From: Flavobacteria bacterium RIFCSPLOWO2_12_FULL_31_7
GTDB lineage: Bacteria; Bacteroidota; Bacteroidia; Flavobacteriales; Flavobacteriaceae
Direction of reading: 5' to 3'
DNA length: 34,229 bases
Assembly: GCA_001800945.1 (NCBI GenBank)
Contig: MGWJ01000022.1
Span: 1 to 34,229, forward strand
Shown here in pieces: positions 1-8,720 of this stretch (the stretch's first letter is position 1; each line of letters opens with the position of its first letter). Below the pieces are notes generated by a model, which was given only the letters and a program-made list of their open reading frames with translations, had not been told where the DNA came from and did no database searches. The position numbers and the translations under genes are program-made.

Positions 1-599
1 TCATCATTACTAATGTGAACGCTAATTTCAGTTGTGTTTTCGCTCAATAATACAGGAACTTCAAATTTTCCCGTTTTCGCATCAATTTTCATGTTCTTTT
101 GAGTACCATTAATATAAATTGTTAAGTTCGGATATAATTTTTCTGAAAGAGGTTTTTTCGTTTTACGATCTAGCAATTTACCATGAATTGTAAAGGAAAT
201 AACTTTATTCACAGGTTCTCTATAGGCAATTTTACCCATAATCACACGTTGAGGTTTAGTTGAATCTACTTCGATTTTTTGAGGTTCTTTTTCTTGAGCA
301 ACCACATTTGATGTCAATAAAACAGAAGCAGCAATTGCAGTAGCGTATTTCAGATTATTCAATTTTGAAGTTTCATAATGTTCAAATACTTGTTCCAATT
401 GTGAGGTTTTTAATCGGGCACAAATAGAAGATTCTTTCGAAGTTGCTAAAAACTTTCCGACTTCAGAATTGGTTTTTCGACTCAAATCAATCACGTTTTT
501 CGCACATGAGCTACAAAATGAACCAGTTGCATTTGGAGTCATTTCGCTATATTTTGCCTCACACGGATTTTCTATTTTAAGGGAAAATTGTTTTTTCAT
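1..599 (-). CDS. Partial (runs off window) Bacteroidota protein: N-terminal 4-Cys motif, internal hydrophobic segment, probable carboxypeptidase-regulatory-like beta-sandwich
   Basis: Not in the ORF track. Manual translation from ATG 599 is open to base 1: MKKQFSLKIENPCEAKYSEMTPNATGSFCSSCAKNVIDLS...SICARLK...YATAIAASVLLTSNVVAQ...FTIHGKLLDRKTKKPL. Confidence 0.8.
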   Translation of the reverse strand, partial: MKKQFSLKIENPCEAKYSEMTPNATGSFCSSCAKNVIDLSRKTNSEVGKFLATSKESSICARLKTSQLEQVFEHYETSKLNNLKYATAIAASVLLTSNVVAQEKEPQKIEVDSTKPQRVIMGKIAYREPVNKVISFTIHGKLLDRKTKKPLSEKLYPNLTIYINGTQKNMKIDAKTGKFEVPVLLSENTTEISVHISND

Positions 600-683
600 A
601 ATCTTATTTTAAATAAAACTTACTTAACTGAAGTTCTATTTATATAGATTACAATTATTATAAAAAGGTTGGAAAGGGTTGAA

Positions 684-1199
684 TTATTTTTCTAAATTTT
701 TTATAAACTGTTCAATCTCAAGTTTTTGAAACGCATATTTTTTTTGCAAATCGCCATCTTTTTCCATTCGGTTATAGTATTCTAAAGCTTTATTAGCGAA
801 AAAATTGCGTTGAAATTTAGAAGCATTTGGAACTTTAGGGAATATTTCATGGAAACACATTTCGCAATACGCTTGCCATTCGCGTTCATTTCGGTCTTGA
901 ATTTGGTATTCCGCCGATTTCTGAATCACATGAATCATTTCATGAGCCAATAAATTAACGACTAATTCAAATGGAAATTCGAATGCATTTTCAGGAATTC
1001 TGATAATTTGCTTGTCGCCGATTTCACCTTCGGCAGTAAATAATATGAAATTAGGTTCGGCTTTTTCTCGAAATTCAAAACCTTTAAAATTGGCATGTTT
1101 GATTTCAAATTCTTCCAACAGAAATAAAGCAGCAGCTTCTGTTTGTCCTAATTCGTGATAGGATTGCAAGATTTGAACTATTTCTGCTTTAGATTTCAT
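684..1199 (-). CDS. Hypothetical zincin-like metallopeptidase (HExxH)
   Basis: 171 aa; LAHEMIHVIQ at 930-944 followed by NEREWQAY (candidate third Glu ligand); starts 8 nt after the radA stop. Confidence 0.6.
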   Translation of the reverse strand: MKSKAEIVQILQSYHELGQTEAAALFLLEEFEIKHANFKGFEFREKAEPNFILFTAEGEIGDKQIIRIPENAFEFPFELVVNLLAHEMIHVIQKSAEYQIQDRNEREWQAYCEMCFHEIFPKVPNASKFQRNFFANKALEYYNRMEKDGDLQKKYAFQKLEIEQFIKNLEK

Positions 1200-1207
1200 A
1201 TCAAATT

Positions 1208-2569
1208 TTACCCAAACAACTGTTCTACTAAATCTTCAATTTTACTTACCATTCGAACATCAATTTTAAAATCTTTTGGGTTGATTTTATTGTGTTTCGA
1301 TACGAAAATGGTTGAAAATCCTAATTTTTCTGCTTCCTGAATACGTTGTTCTACTTTATTTACGGGACGAATTTCCCCGGTTAAACCCACTTCGCCAGCA
1401 AAACAAAAATCTTTATCAATTGTAATGTCTTCATTTGAAGATAAAATTGCAGCCACAACAGCTAAATCAATCGCTGGATCATCAACGTTAATTCCTCCAG
1501 TAATATTTAAAAATACGTCTTTTGCGCCTAAACGGAAACCAGCTCGTTTTTCTAAAACTGCTAAAATCATGTTCAATCTTTTCAGATTATAACCTGTGGT
1601 GCTACGTTGAGGCGTGCCATAAACGGCTGTTGAAACTAAAGCTTGAATTTCAATCATTAACGGACGCATGCCTTCAATCGTAGTAGCAATTGCAGTTCCG
1701 GAAAGGTAATTGTCTTTGTTAGAAATTAAAATTTCAGATGGATTAGAAACTTCTCTTAATCCGTTTCCTAACATTTCATAAATTCCTAATTCGGCAGTAG
1801 AACCAAATCGGTTTTTTAAAGCTCGAAGTATTCTATATACATGATTTCGGTCGCCTTCAAATTGCAAAACGGTATCGACCATGTGTTCCAAAATTTTCGG
1901 ACCAGCAATCGTTCCATCTTTCGTAATATGACCAATTAAAATTACGGGAACATTGGTTTCCTTGGCGAATTTTATTAGTTCAGCCGTACATTCTCTAATT
2001 TGAGAAATGCTTCCAGCCGAAGATTCAATATATTCGGTATGCAACGTTTGAATCGAATCAATAATCACCACTTCGGGTTCAATTTCTTCAATTTGGCGAA
2101 AAATATTTTGTGTTTTCGTTTCTGTTAAAATGAAACAATTATCGGTTTGACCTGTAATTCTTTCCGCACGCATTTTTATTTGTTTCTGGCTTTCTTCACC
2201 TGAAACATAAAGCGTTTTATAAGGTAACTTTAAAGAAATTTGAAGCAAAAGTGTACTTTTTCCAATGCCAGGTTCGCCACCTAAAAGCGTTAAAGAACCC
2301 GGTACTAATCCGCCACCTAAAACGCGGTTTAATTCGCCGTCAGTTGTGTTCATTCTGACTTCTTCTGAAGTTGAAATTTCATTTATTTTTAAAGGTTTGG
2401 CAACTTTTTTAGCTTCAGATGAAGGACTTCGCCAACTTTGTTTTTCTTCTTTTTGAATAATTTCTTCTACGATGGTATTCCATTGTTTGCACGAAGTACA
2501 TTGTCCTAACCATTTTGCATAGTTTGTTCCACAACTTTGACAAAAGAAAGAAGTTTTTAGTTTAGCCAT
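1208..2569 (-). CDS. radA: DNA repair protein RadA/Sms
   Basis: N-terminal CQSC...CTSC zinc finger, Walker A GEPGIGKST, KNRFG motif, Lon-like C-terminal domain. Confidence 0.97.
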   Translation of the reverse strand: MAKLKTSFFCQSCGTNYAKWLGQCTSCKQWNTIVEEIIQKEEKQSWRSPSSEAKKVAKPLKINEISTSEEVRMNTTDGELNRVLGGGLVPGSLTLLGGEPGIGKSTLLLQISLKLPYKTLYVSGEESQKQIKMRAERITGQTDNCFILTETKTQNIFRQIEEIEPEVVIIDSIQTLHTEYIESSAGSISQIRECTAELIKFAKETNVPVILIGHITKDGTIAGPKILEHMVDTVLQFEGDRNHVYRILRALKNRFGSTAELGIYEMLGNGLREVSNPSEILISNKDNYLSGTAIATTIEGMRPLMIEIQALVSTAVYGTPQRSTTGYNLKRLNMILAVLEKRAGFRLGAKDVFLNITGGINVDDPAIDLAVVAAILSSNEDITIDKDFCFAGEVGLTGEIRPVNKVEQRIQEAEKLGFSTIFVSKHNKINPKDFKIDVRMVSKIEDLVEQLFG

Positions 2570-2575
2570 TAATTA

Positions 2576-3793
2576 TTAGTCTTTTTTAGGTTCTTCAGTA
2601 GGAACTGGTTCTGCTGGAGCATCTGTTTGAGTTTCTTCCACTTTTGGTTCTTCTTTTTTGCCTTTTAAAGCTTCTGCGCGATCTAAGATATAAGCTTTTG
2701 TTAAATCGCCAATTTCAGTTTTTGTATAGGCATTTTGATATTCTTTTGCGGCTCTTTTAAATTGTCCGATTTTTTCAAAGTACAAACCTCTGTGATATGT
2801 TCCTAACATAGTTTTAGGATATTGTTTGTCAGCATACGCACCTAAAATTTCTAAATCTGAATACGCTTTATTTTTTATAATTGCCGCTTCAATGGCTTTA
2901 AAATCTGTATATCTTGGTTGGATTTTTAGTCCGATTTTTTTCTCTATATAATCGTATTTATCAATTAGATATTGGGCATAACCACTTTCTAATTTTAATA
3001 TTTTTTCGTTAAATTCTAATTTTGAAATGGGTTGGTAGCCATTAAAAATGAAATAGAAAGCACTTGGAATAGCTTCAGCAACTAAAGAATAATGAGAGGT
3101 ATTTTGAAACACGTCATATCTATATGTTACATTTGGGTTTTTAATTTCTTTAACAAAGTCATCTAATTTTTTTGTGTTTTCTTGAATTTCTTCTAAATCA
3201 GCTTTTGAAGTAGCTTGATAATAAAAAATTGGCTTTTGAATTTTTGATAATCGATCGGCAATTCTATCTGCCATAAGTGGTGCCATTTCTGGTGAAAGAG
3301 AAATAAATGCATTAAAAATTGGGTCATCTTTATAGATGTAGAAATTTAAAAAACCTGCAGTTGTGTCGTGTCCTGCAATTATTCTAAATGGTAATGTTCT
3401 GTATTTTTGTTGTAGGTATGGTAGTAATTCGAAACCAATAAATTCGAAAAATTTTGCACCAGAATCTTTTGGTAAACCATCTTCTCCATAATTGCTGTCG
3501 TTAAAGCGTGCTTCTCCGTAATTTTGATTTACGGCGACTATTATCATTTCTGGTAAATCATCCCAATAGTTTCCATATTTTAAAATTCCAGAAAAAGGAT
3601 CTGCAAGATATTCTCCGTCTAATAATACTAAAACAGGATATTTTTTTTCAGGACTACTTTCGTATGAGGCAGGCATAATAACTGAAAAAGTTCTTTCTTC
3701 ATTTAGTTTTTTAGATTGAATTTTTTCGTCGATTTTTTGCGAAAAAGCAGCAATAGAAACCATTAAAAATAGTAGGATAGATTTCATCTTCAT
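2576..3793 (-). CDS. Exported alpha/beta hydrolase-fold (IroE/Fes-like esterase family) protein with C-terminal TPR-like helices
   Basis: Signal peptide; YPVLVLLDG, FIGFELLPYL, IIAGHDTTAG at the nucleophile elbow, SHYS; helical C-terminus with acidic/Pro tail. Confidence 0.8.
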   Translation of the reverse strand: MKMKSILLFLMVSIAAFSQKIDEKIQSKKLNEERTFSVIMPASYESSPEKKYPVLVLLDGEYLADPFSGILKYGNYWDDLPEMIIVAVNQNYGEARFNDSNYGEDGLPKDSGAKFFEFIGFELLPYLQQKYRTLPFRIIAGHDTTAGFLNFYIYKDDPIFNAFISLSPEMAPLMADRIADRLSKIQKPIFYYQATSKADLEEIQENTKKLDDFVKEIKNPNVTYRYDVFQNTSHYSLVAEAIPSAFYFIFNGYQPISKLEFNEKILKLESGYAQYLIDKYDYIEKKIGLKIQPRYTDFKAIEAAIIKNKAYSDLEILGAYADKQYPKTMLGTYHRGLYFEKIGQFKRAAKEYQNAYTKTEIGDLTKAYILDRAEALKGKKEEPKVEETQTDAPAEPVPTEEPKKD

Positions 3794-3832
3794 GATAAAT
3801 TGATTTAGTAAAATAATGTAGCAATATACTAA

Positions 3833-4792
3833 TTATTTTTTATTGTAGAGCGGTAAAAAAGCGTAAGATATTAGCCCAAGGAATATAGTTAAGATGGTTT
3901 GTGAGGTCCAAGCTAGCCAACCAAAGGCAGCTCCAATATCGTTTGAAATTCCATATAAAGAAAATATCATGGCAATAGCAAGTGGATAAGCTCCTAAACC
4001 ACCATTGGTAAATCCGACGGCTAAACTTCCGAAAATGAATCCCATAATTACGATATCAAAACTAATATTTTCTGTTTCTGGCAAGGCAAAAATAGGCAGA
4101 TAAAACATAACTAAGTAACTAAACCAAATGAAAAAAGAAAAGAAAATATATTTCCATTTGTCTTTCATTTTCAAAATACTAGTCATTCCTTCAATTAATC
4201 CAGAAAGTTTATTTTTTAATTTTTTGATGATACTCCATTCGGCATATATCCAAATTAGAAGAAAAATTATGCCTAAAATTACACCGATGAATCCGAATAA
4301 GATGATTTTTTCGAAGGCAATTTTTTGTTTGATGAAACCATACAGTTTTTCAAATTGCAATACAAAAGCTAATCCAACAAATAGGAAAAAAATAAGTAAA
4401 TCCACAATTCTTTCAGCTACGATTGTTCCGAAACCTTTGTCGAATGGTACGTTTTCGTATTTTTTTAATAAAGCCGCTCTTGTAATTTCGCCAGATCTTG
4501 GAATCGTTAAATTCATAAAATAGGAAACACAAACCGACATTAAATCATTTTTAAAATCTGTTTGATAACCTAAGTGTTGTAAAGAATATTTCCAGCGATA
4601 CGCTCTTGCCCAATATCCAAATAAGGCGACAAATAAGGAAAGAAAAATATAAAAATAATCAGCTTGTTGAAAGCAAGATTTAATTTTATCCAATTCTTCT
4701 GCGGATAAGGTAGTGTATTGATAATAAATTAGTCCGAAACCTAAAAGTAACGGAACAAACAAAGAGGCAATTTTACTTAACTTCGCCTTCAA
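3833..4792 (-). CDS. Lysylphosphatidylglycerol synthase TM-domain / flippase-like membrane protein
   Basis: Multi-TM; RAYRW, N-x-x-IPRSGEITR and GTIVAERIVD motifs, GGLGAY; TTG start. Confidence 0.85.
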   Translation of the reverse strand: MKAKLSKIASLFVPLLLGFGLIYYQYTTLSAEELDKIKSCFQQADYFYIFLSLFVALFGYWARAYRWKYSLQHLGYQTDFKNDLMSVCVSYFMNLTIPRSGEITRAALLKKYENVPFDKGFGTIVAERIVDLLIFFLFVGLAFVLQFEKLYGFIKQKIAFEKIILFGFIGVILGIIFLLIWIYAEWSIIKKLKNKLSGLIEGMTSILKMKDKWKYIFFSFFIWFSYLVMFYLPIFALPETENISFDIVIMGFIFGSLAVGFTNGGLGAYPLAIAMIFSLYGISNDIGAAFGWLAWTSQTILTIFLGLISYAFLPLYNKK

Positions 4793-4794
4793 AA

Positions 4795-5145
4795 CTAAGT
4801 TAAAGAATTGTCTTTTTCGTTAGGGAAAACCAAGCAAGGTTTAAAGGTTTTTGCTTCTTCAAAATCAATAATACCGTAGGCAATAATGATGATGATATCA
4901 CCACGGTGTACTTTTCTGGCAGCTGGTCCGTTTAAAGTGATTTCGCCTGTATTTCTTGGGCCTTTGATGGCGTAAGTTTCCAAACGTTCTCCGTTATTAA
5001 CGTTAACAATGGCAACTTTTTCACCTTCAACAATATTCGCTGCTTCTAATAAAGCTTCGTCAATTGTAATACTTCCGATATAATTTAAATCGGCTCCAGT
5101 TACAGAAACTCTGTGTATTTTAGATTTTACTACTTGTATTTGCAT
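4795..5145 (-). CDS. panD: Aspartate 1-decarboxylase
   Basis: [14 protein letters not shown] autocleavage site, [15 protein letters not shown]. Confidence 0.97.
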   Translation of the reverse strand: MQIQVVKSKIHRVSVTGADLNYIGSITIDEALLEAANIVEGEKVAIVNVNNGERLETYAIKGPRNTGEITLNGPAARKVHRGDIIIIIAYGIIDFEEAKTFKPCLVFPNEKDNSLT

Positions 5146-5149
5146 TTTG

Positions 5150-5157
5150 CAAAGTTA
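5150..5157 (-). promoter_or_regulatory. Bacteroidota housekeeping -7 box (TAACTTTG) immediately upstream of panD
   Basis: Matches TAnnTTTG; only 4 nt (CAAA) before the panD ATG. Confidence 0.6.
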
Positions 5158-5181
5158 ATTAATTCGAATAAATTTTATTAT

Positions 5182-6030
5182 TTATTTTAATGAAATATTA
5201 TCAATTAACCTGATATTTTCAATAAAAACGGCTATAAAGCCCCTGTATTTTTTGTTTTTTACTTTTCTTTTGCAGGTTAAAAGGGTGTCTTCAGCTGCAA
5301 TTTCGAAATATTCTAATGTAAAATTAGGGTTTTTTTTGAATTCATTCTCCACAAATAAAACAACTTCATTTGCAGATTTTGTATGGAATTTTTCTTTTGC
5401 TTTTGATAGTATTTGAAAAATTAATTTCGATTCCTTTTTGGCGCTTTCAGAAAGTCTTTCGTTACGACTACTCATGGCTAACCCACTCGCTTCTCTGAAA
5501 ATTTCGCAACCAATGATATTGACTGGAATTTTATATTTCACAACTAACTTTCTAACAATTTGTAATTGTTGAAAATCTTTTTCTCCGAAATAGGCATTCG
5601 TTGGTTTAATAATTTCGAAAAGTTTTTTTACAATTGTTCCTACGCCATCAAAATGTCCAGGTCGGTGTTTGCCTTCCATTTGATTTTCTAATCCATCGTA
5701 ATTAAAAGAAGTAGAGATGGTATTTCCTTCGTAAATATCTGCTACACTTGGCGCGTAAACCAATATGTTTTTATTTAAATTTTGCACCAATTCCACGTCT
5801 TTTTCTAAAGTTCGTGGGTATTTTTTTAAATCATCCGCGTTATTAAACTGAGTTGGATTCACAAAAATACTTAAAACGGTAATTTCATTTTCGGCTAAAG
5901 ATTGTTCTAGTAAGGAAAGATGACCTTTGTGTAAAGCCCCCATAGTAGGCACAAAACCAATGTTTTTAGATTGATTTTCTGTTTTATTTAGTTCAATTTG
6001 AAGCTCTTTTTGTGTTTGAAAAACGCGCAT
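5182..6030 (-). CDS. panC: Pantoate-beta-alanine ligase
   Basis: GFVPTMGALHKGH, SIFVNPTQF, RPGHFDGV, FGEKDFQQ, GLAMSSRN, RLIDN. Confidence 0.97.
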   Translation of the reverse strand: MRVFQTQKELQIELNKTENQSKNIGFVPTMGALHKGHLSLLEQSLAENEITVLSIFVNPTQFNNADDLKKYPRTLEKDVELVQNLNKNILVYAPSVADIYEGNTISTSFNYDGLENQMEGKHRPGHFDGVGTIVKKLFEIIKPTNAYFGEKDFQQLQIVRKLVVKYKIPVNIIGCEIFREASGLAMSSRNERLSESAKKESKLIFQILSKAKEKFHTKSANEVVLFVENEFKKNPNFTLEYFEIAAEDTLLTCKRKVKNKKYRGFIAVFIENIRLIDNISLK

Positions 6031-6049
6031 ATGATATTATTATAAAATG

Positions 6050-6057
6050 CAAACTTA
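6050..6057 (-). promoter_or_regulatory. -7 box (TAAGTTTG) for panC
   Basis: TAnnTTTG match 19 nt before the panC ATG; one half of a divergent promoter pair. Confidence 0.6.
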
Positions 6058-6088
6058 CTATTTTAGTAGATAAGTCCATAAATTTTTA

Positions 6089-6096
6089 TAATTTTG
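6089..6096 (+). promoter_or_regulatory. -7 box (TAATTTTG) for the GT5-DUF4270-glmS unit
   Basis: TAnnTTTG match. It overlaps the ORF-track TTG start, so the real start is probably ATG 6127. Confidence 0.55.
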
Positions 6097-6126
6097 CATA
6101 TTAAACAAAAATATAACATTTATTAT

Positions 6127-6933
6127 ATGAATGACAAGAGGATATTATATGTATCATCTGAAGTAGTGCCTTATTTAGCTGAAAATGAAGTGTCATTACA
6201 TTCTTATGAACTGCCAAAAATGATAAATGAAGTAGGAGGGCAGATAAGAATTTTTATGCCTAGATATGGAAATATCAACGAACGCAGACATCAATTACAC
6301 GAAGTAATTCGACTTTCTGGGATGAATTTGGTTGTTAATGACATGGATATGCCTTTAATTATTAAGGTTGCATCAATTCCAAAAGAAAGAATTCAGGTTT
6401 ATTTTATCGATAATGACGAATATTTTAAAAGAAAAGCTACTTTTTCTGATGAAGAAGGTGTGTTGTATCCGGATAATGATGAAAGAGCTATTTTCTTTGC
6501 AAAAGGTGTGGTTGAAACGGTTAAAAAATTAAATTGGGTGCCAGATATTATTCATGTTCACGGTTGGATGGCTTCTTTATTACCGGTTTATTTAAAACAC
6601 TACTACAAAGATGAAGGTATTTTTGAAGATACCAAAATTATCACTTCAGTGTATAATAATGATTTTGATGGAATCTTAGATGCAGAAATGATTACGAAGT
6701 TGGCTTACGATAATTTACCTGCGGAAGCTATTTCAATTTACAAAGAACCAATTTTTAATAATTTAATGAAAGCGACTATAGATCATTCTGATGGAGTAAT
6801 TATTGCTTCTCATGACTTGTCTGCAGATTTAACAAAATATATAGAAACTTCGAAAAAACCTTTTTTACCTTTCACCCCGAAAGAAATTTTCAAAGAAGCT
6901 TATTTAGAGTTTTTAAAAAATAAAGTACAGTAA
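6127..6933 (+). CDS. Glycogen/starch synthase N-terminal (GT5) domain-only protein
   Basis: RILYVSSEVVPY, IFMPRYG, YPDNDERAIFF, PDIIHVHGW; only about 268 aa. Start moved from TTG 6094 to ATG 6127. Confidence 0.85.
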   Translation: MNDKRILYVSSEVVPYLAENEVSLHSYELPKMINEVGGQIRIFMPRYGNINERRHQLHEVIRLSGMNLVVNDMDMPLIIKVASIPKERIQVYFIDNDEYFKRKATFSDEEGVLYPDNDERAIFFAKGVVETVKKLNWVPDIIHVHGWMASLLPVYLKHYYKDEGIFEDTKIITSVYNNDFDGILDAEMITKLAYDNLPAEAISIYKEPIFNNLMKATIDHSDGVIIASHDLSADLTKYIETSKKPFLPFTPKEIFKEAYLEFLKNKVQ

Positions 6934-6938
6934 TTATA

Positions 6939-8708
6939 ATGAAAAAGAAAATAACAGTTTTATTTTTAGTTTTTTCAATGGTTTTCATTTCTTGTGATCA
7001 AGATTTTAATACAATTGGATCAGATTTAGTTGGTGATGAACATTTTGATTTTGACACGTATACTCCAGCTTTAAAAGCTTATTCTGTTCGAACTGGAGAA
7101 GTGCAAACTAATAATTTACCAATTAATCCTCTTGGGTTTTATAAGAATCCGTTTTTTGGAGAAACAAAAGCAAATTTCGTAACTGATGTAGCCTTGAATT
7201 CGGTTCAGCCAAATTTCGGTACTGGAGTTGTGGTTGATGATGTAACATTGTATATTCCGTTTTACAGTACAGTGGAATCTACCAATGCAGATGGTTCAAA
7301 GGTGTATTCGCTTGATTCTATTTATGGTGCGAATAAAGAAAGCAAAATGAAACTAAATGTTTATGAAAACGGGTATTATTTAAGTTCTTTTGAAGGTCCA
7401 AATCAAGATGTTACTTCTAAGTATTATTCAGATATGGATGCTATTATTGATGCTCAAAAACGCGGTGCTGATGCTAGTGGAAATTCAATTAGTGTTGCCA
7501 GTGGAGGAACTAGATTAAATAATAGTTCAAATGTTGCAGAAAATGATGAATTCTTTTTCAATAAATCTGAGATTATAACTTATAAAACAAAACTAAATAC
7601 AGTTACAGGAGTTTTAGAATATGTAGACGAAAAGGGAGTGGTATTTGCGGATAAGTTAGATGTTACATTGAGAGCAAAGAACAGATTAGCGCCTGGTATT
7701 TATTTACATTTAAATAAAGATTTCTTCAAGAAAAAAATAATAGAATCCTCTAGCGATAATTTGTTTAATAACAACAATTTTAGACAGTATTTTAAAGGGT
7801 TGTATTTTAAAATGGAGCAAATTGCTGGAGAAGAAGGTGCTATGGCGATGTTGAATTTCAATGTTGCAAAAATTAATATTGATTACCATTCTATTGATAC
7901 TGGTTCAACAATTCCTACGGCCAAAACTTTTTTAATTGGATTAGGTCTAAATTCAGGTGGAAATACTATTTCATTACAAGATTTTAATTATTCTGGCGAT
8001 TATGATGCTGGTTTGACTGCTTCTAATCAAGTTACAGGTCAAGATGCCAATTTGTTTTTAAAAGGTGGTAAAGGTTCTGTTGTATATATGGATGTTTTTG
8101 GAGATACGGATGTGTTGAAAATAGTTGACGGACAACTGGTTTCTGGTTCAAACGAAGTGCCTGATGAATTGGATCAATTAAGATTAAAAGGTTGGTTGAT
8201 TAATGATGCTTATTTAGAGTTTTATATTGATAAAACTGCAATGGCAGGTAATACTGAGTTTCAAGAAGCAGAAAGATTGTATTTATTTGATGCAACCAAT
8301 CAAAAACCTTTAGCAGATTATTTCTTTGATTCGAGTACAAATTCAAATTCTAAAAGAAATAAAATTATTCATGGAGGTATGATTGAAAGAGATGATACTG
8401 GTTCAAATAAAGGAGTGAAATATAAAATCAGAATTACGCAACATATCAATAATCTTATTAATAGTACAAATGTTAACTTGAATAAGAACGTGAAATTAGG
8501 ATTGTGTGTTACTGAAAATATTGGTTTAACGGGTAATTATTTTTATAAATCACCAAGAACATTTAGTTCTGGACCAGATATTAATTTTTTCCCTGTAACT
8601 TCAATTATCGCACAGCAAGGAACAGTTTTATTTGGAACAAATCCTACTTCATCTGCAGATGCGGATAAAAAACTAAAATTAACAATTCATTTTACAAAAC
8701 CAAACTAA
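6939..8708 (+). CDS. DUF4270-family lipoprotein
   Basis: Lipobox FIS-C(19) followed by acidic DQD; LDSIYG and LYIPFYS motifs; C-terminal KLKLTIHFTKPN; position between the GT5 gene and glmS is typical of Flavobacteriia. Confidence 0.8.
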   Translation: MKKKITVLFLVFSMVFISCDQDFNTIGSDLVGDEHFDFDTYTPALKAYSVRTGEVQTNNLPINPLGFYKNPFFGETKANFVTDVALNSVQPNFGTGVVVDDVTLYIPFYSTVESTNADGSKVYSLDSIYGANKESKMKLNVYENGYYLSSFEGPNQDVTSKYYSDMDAIIDAQKRGADASGNSISVASGGTRLNNSSNVAENDEFFFNKSEIITYKTKLNTVTGVLEYVDEKGVVFADKLDVTLRAKNRLAPGIYLHLNKDFFKKKIIESSSDNLFNNNNFRQYFKGLYFKMEQIAGEEGAMAMLNFNVAKINIDYHSIDTGSTIPTAKTFLIGLGLNSGGNTISLQDFNYSGDYDAGLTASNQVTGQDANLFLKGGKGSVVYMDVFGDTDVLKIVDGQLVSGSNEVPDELDQLRLKGWLINDAYLEFYIDKTAMAGNTEFQEAERLYLFDATNQKPLADYFFDSSTNSNSKRNKIIHGGMIERDDTGSNKGVKYKIRITQHINNLINSTNVNLNKNVKLGLCVTENIGLTGNYFYKSPRTFSSGPDINFFPVTSIIAQQGTVLFGTNPTSSADADKKLKLTIHFTKPN

Positions 8709-8720
8709 ACTCTTATATAT

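Noticed and set aside
6127-6933. glgA pseudogene
   Set aside because: Clean ORF tightly packed against the next gene, with no remnant of a C-terminal half; the short form is typical of Bacteroidota.
8709-8720. glmS ribozyme
   Set aside because: Only 12 nt separate DUF4270 from glmS, leaving no room for the motif.
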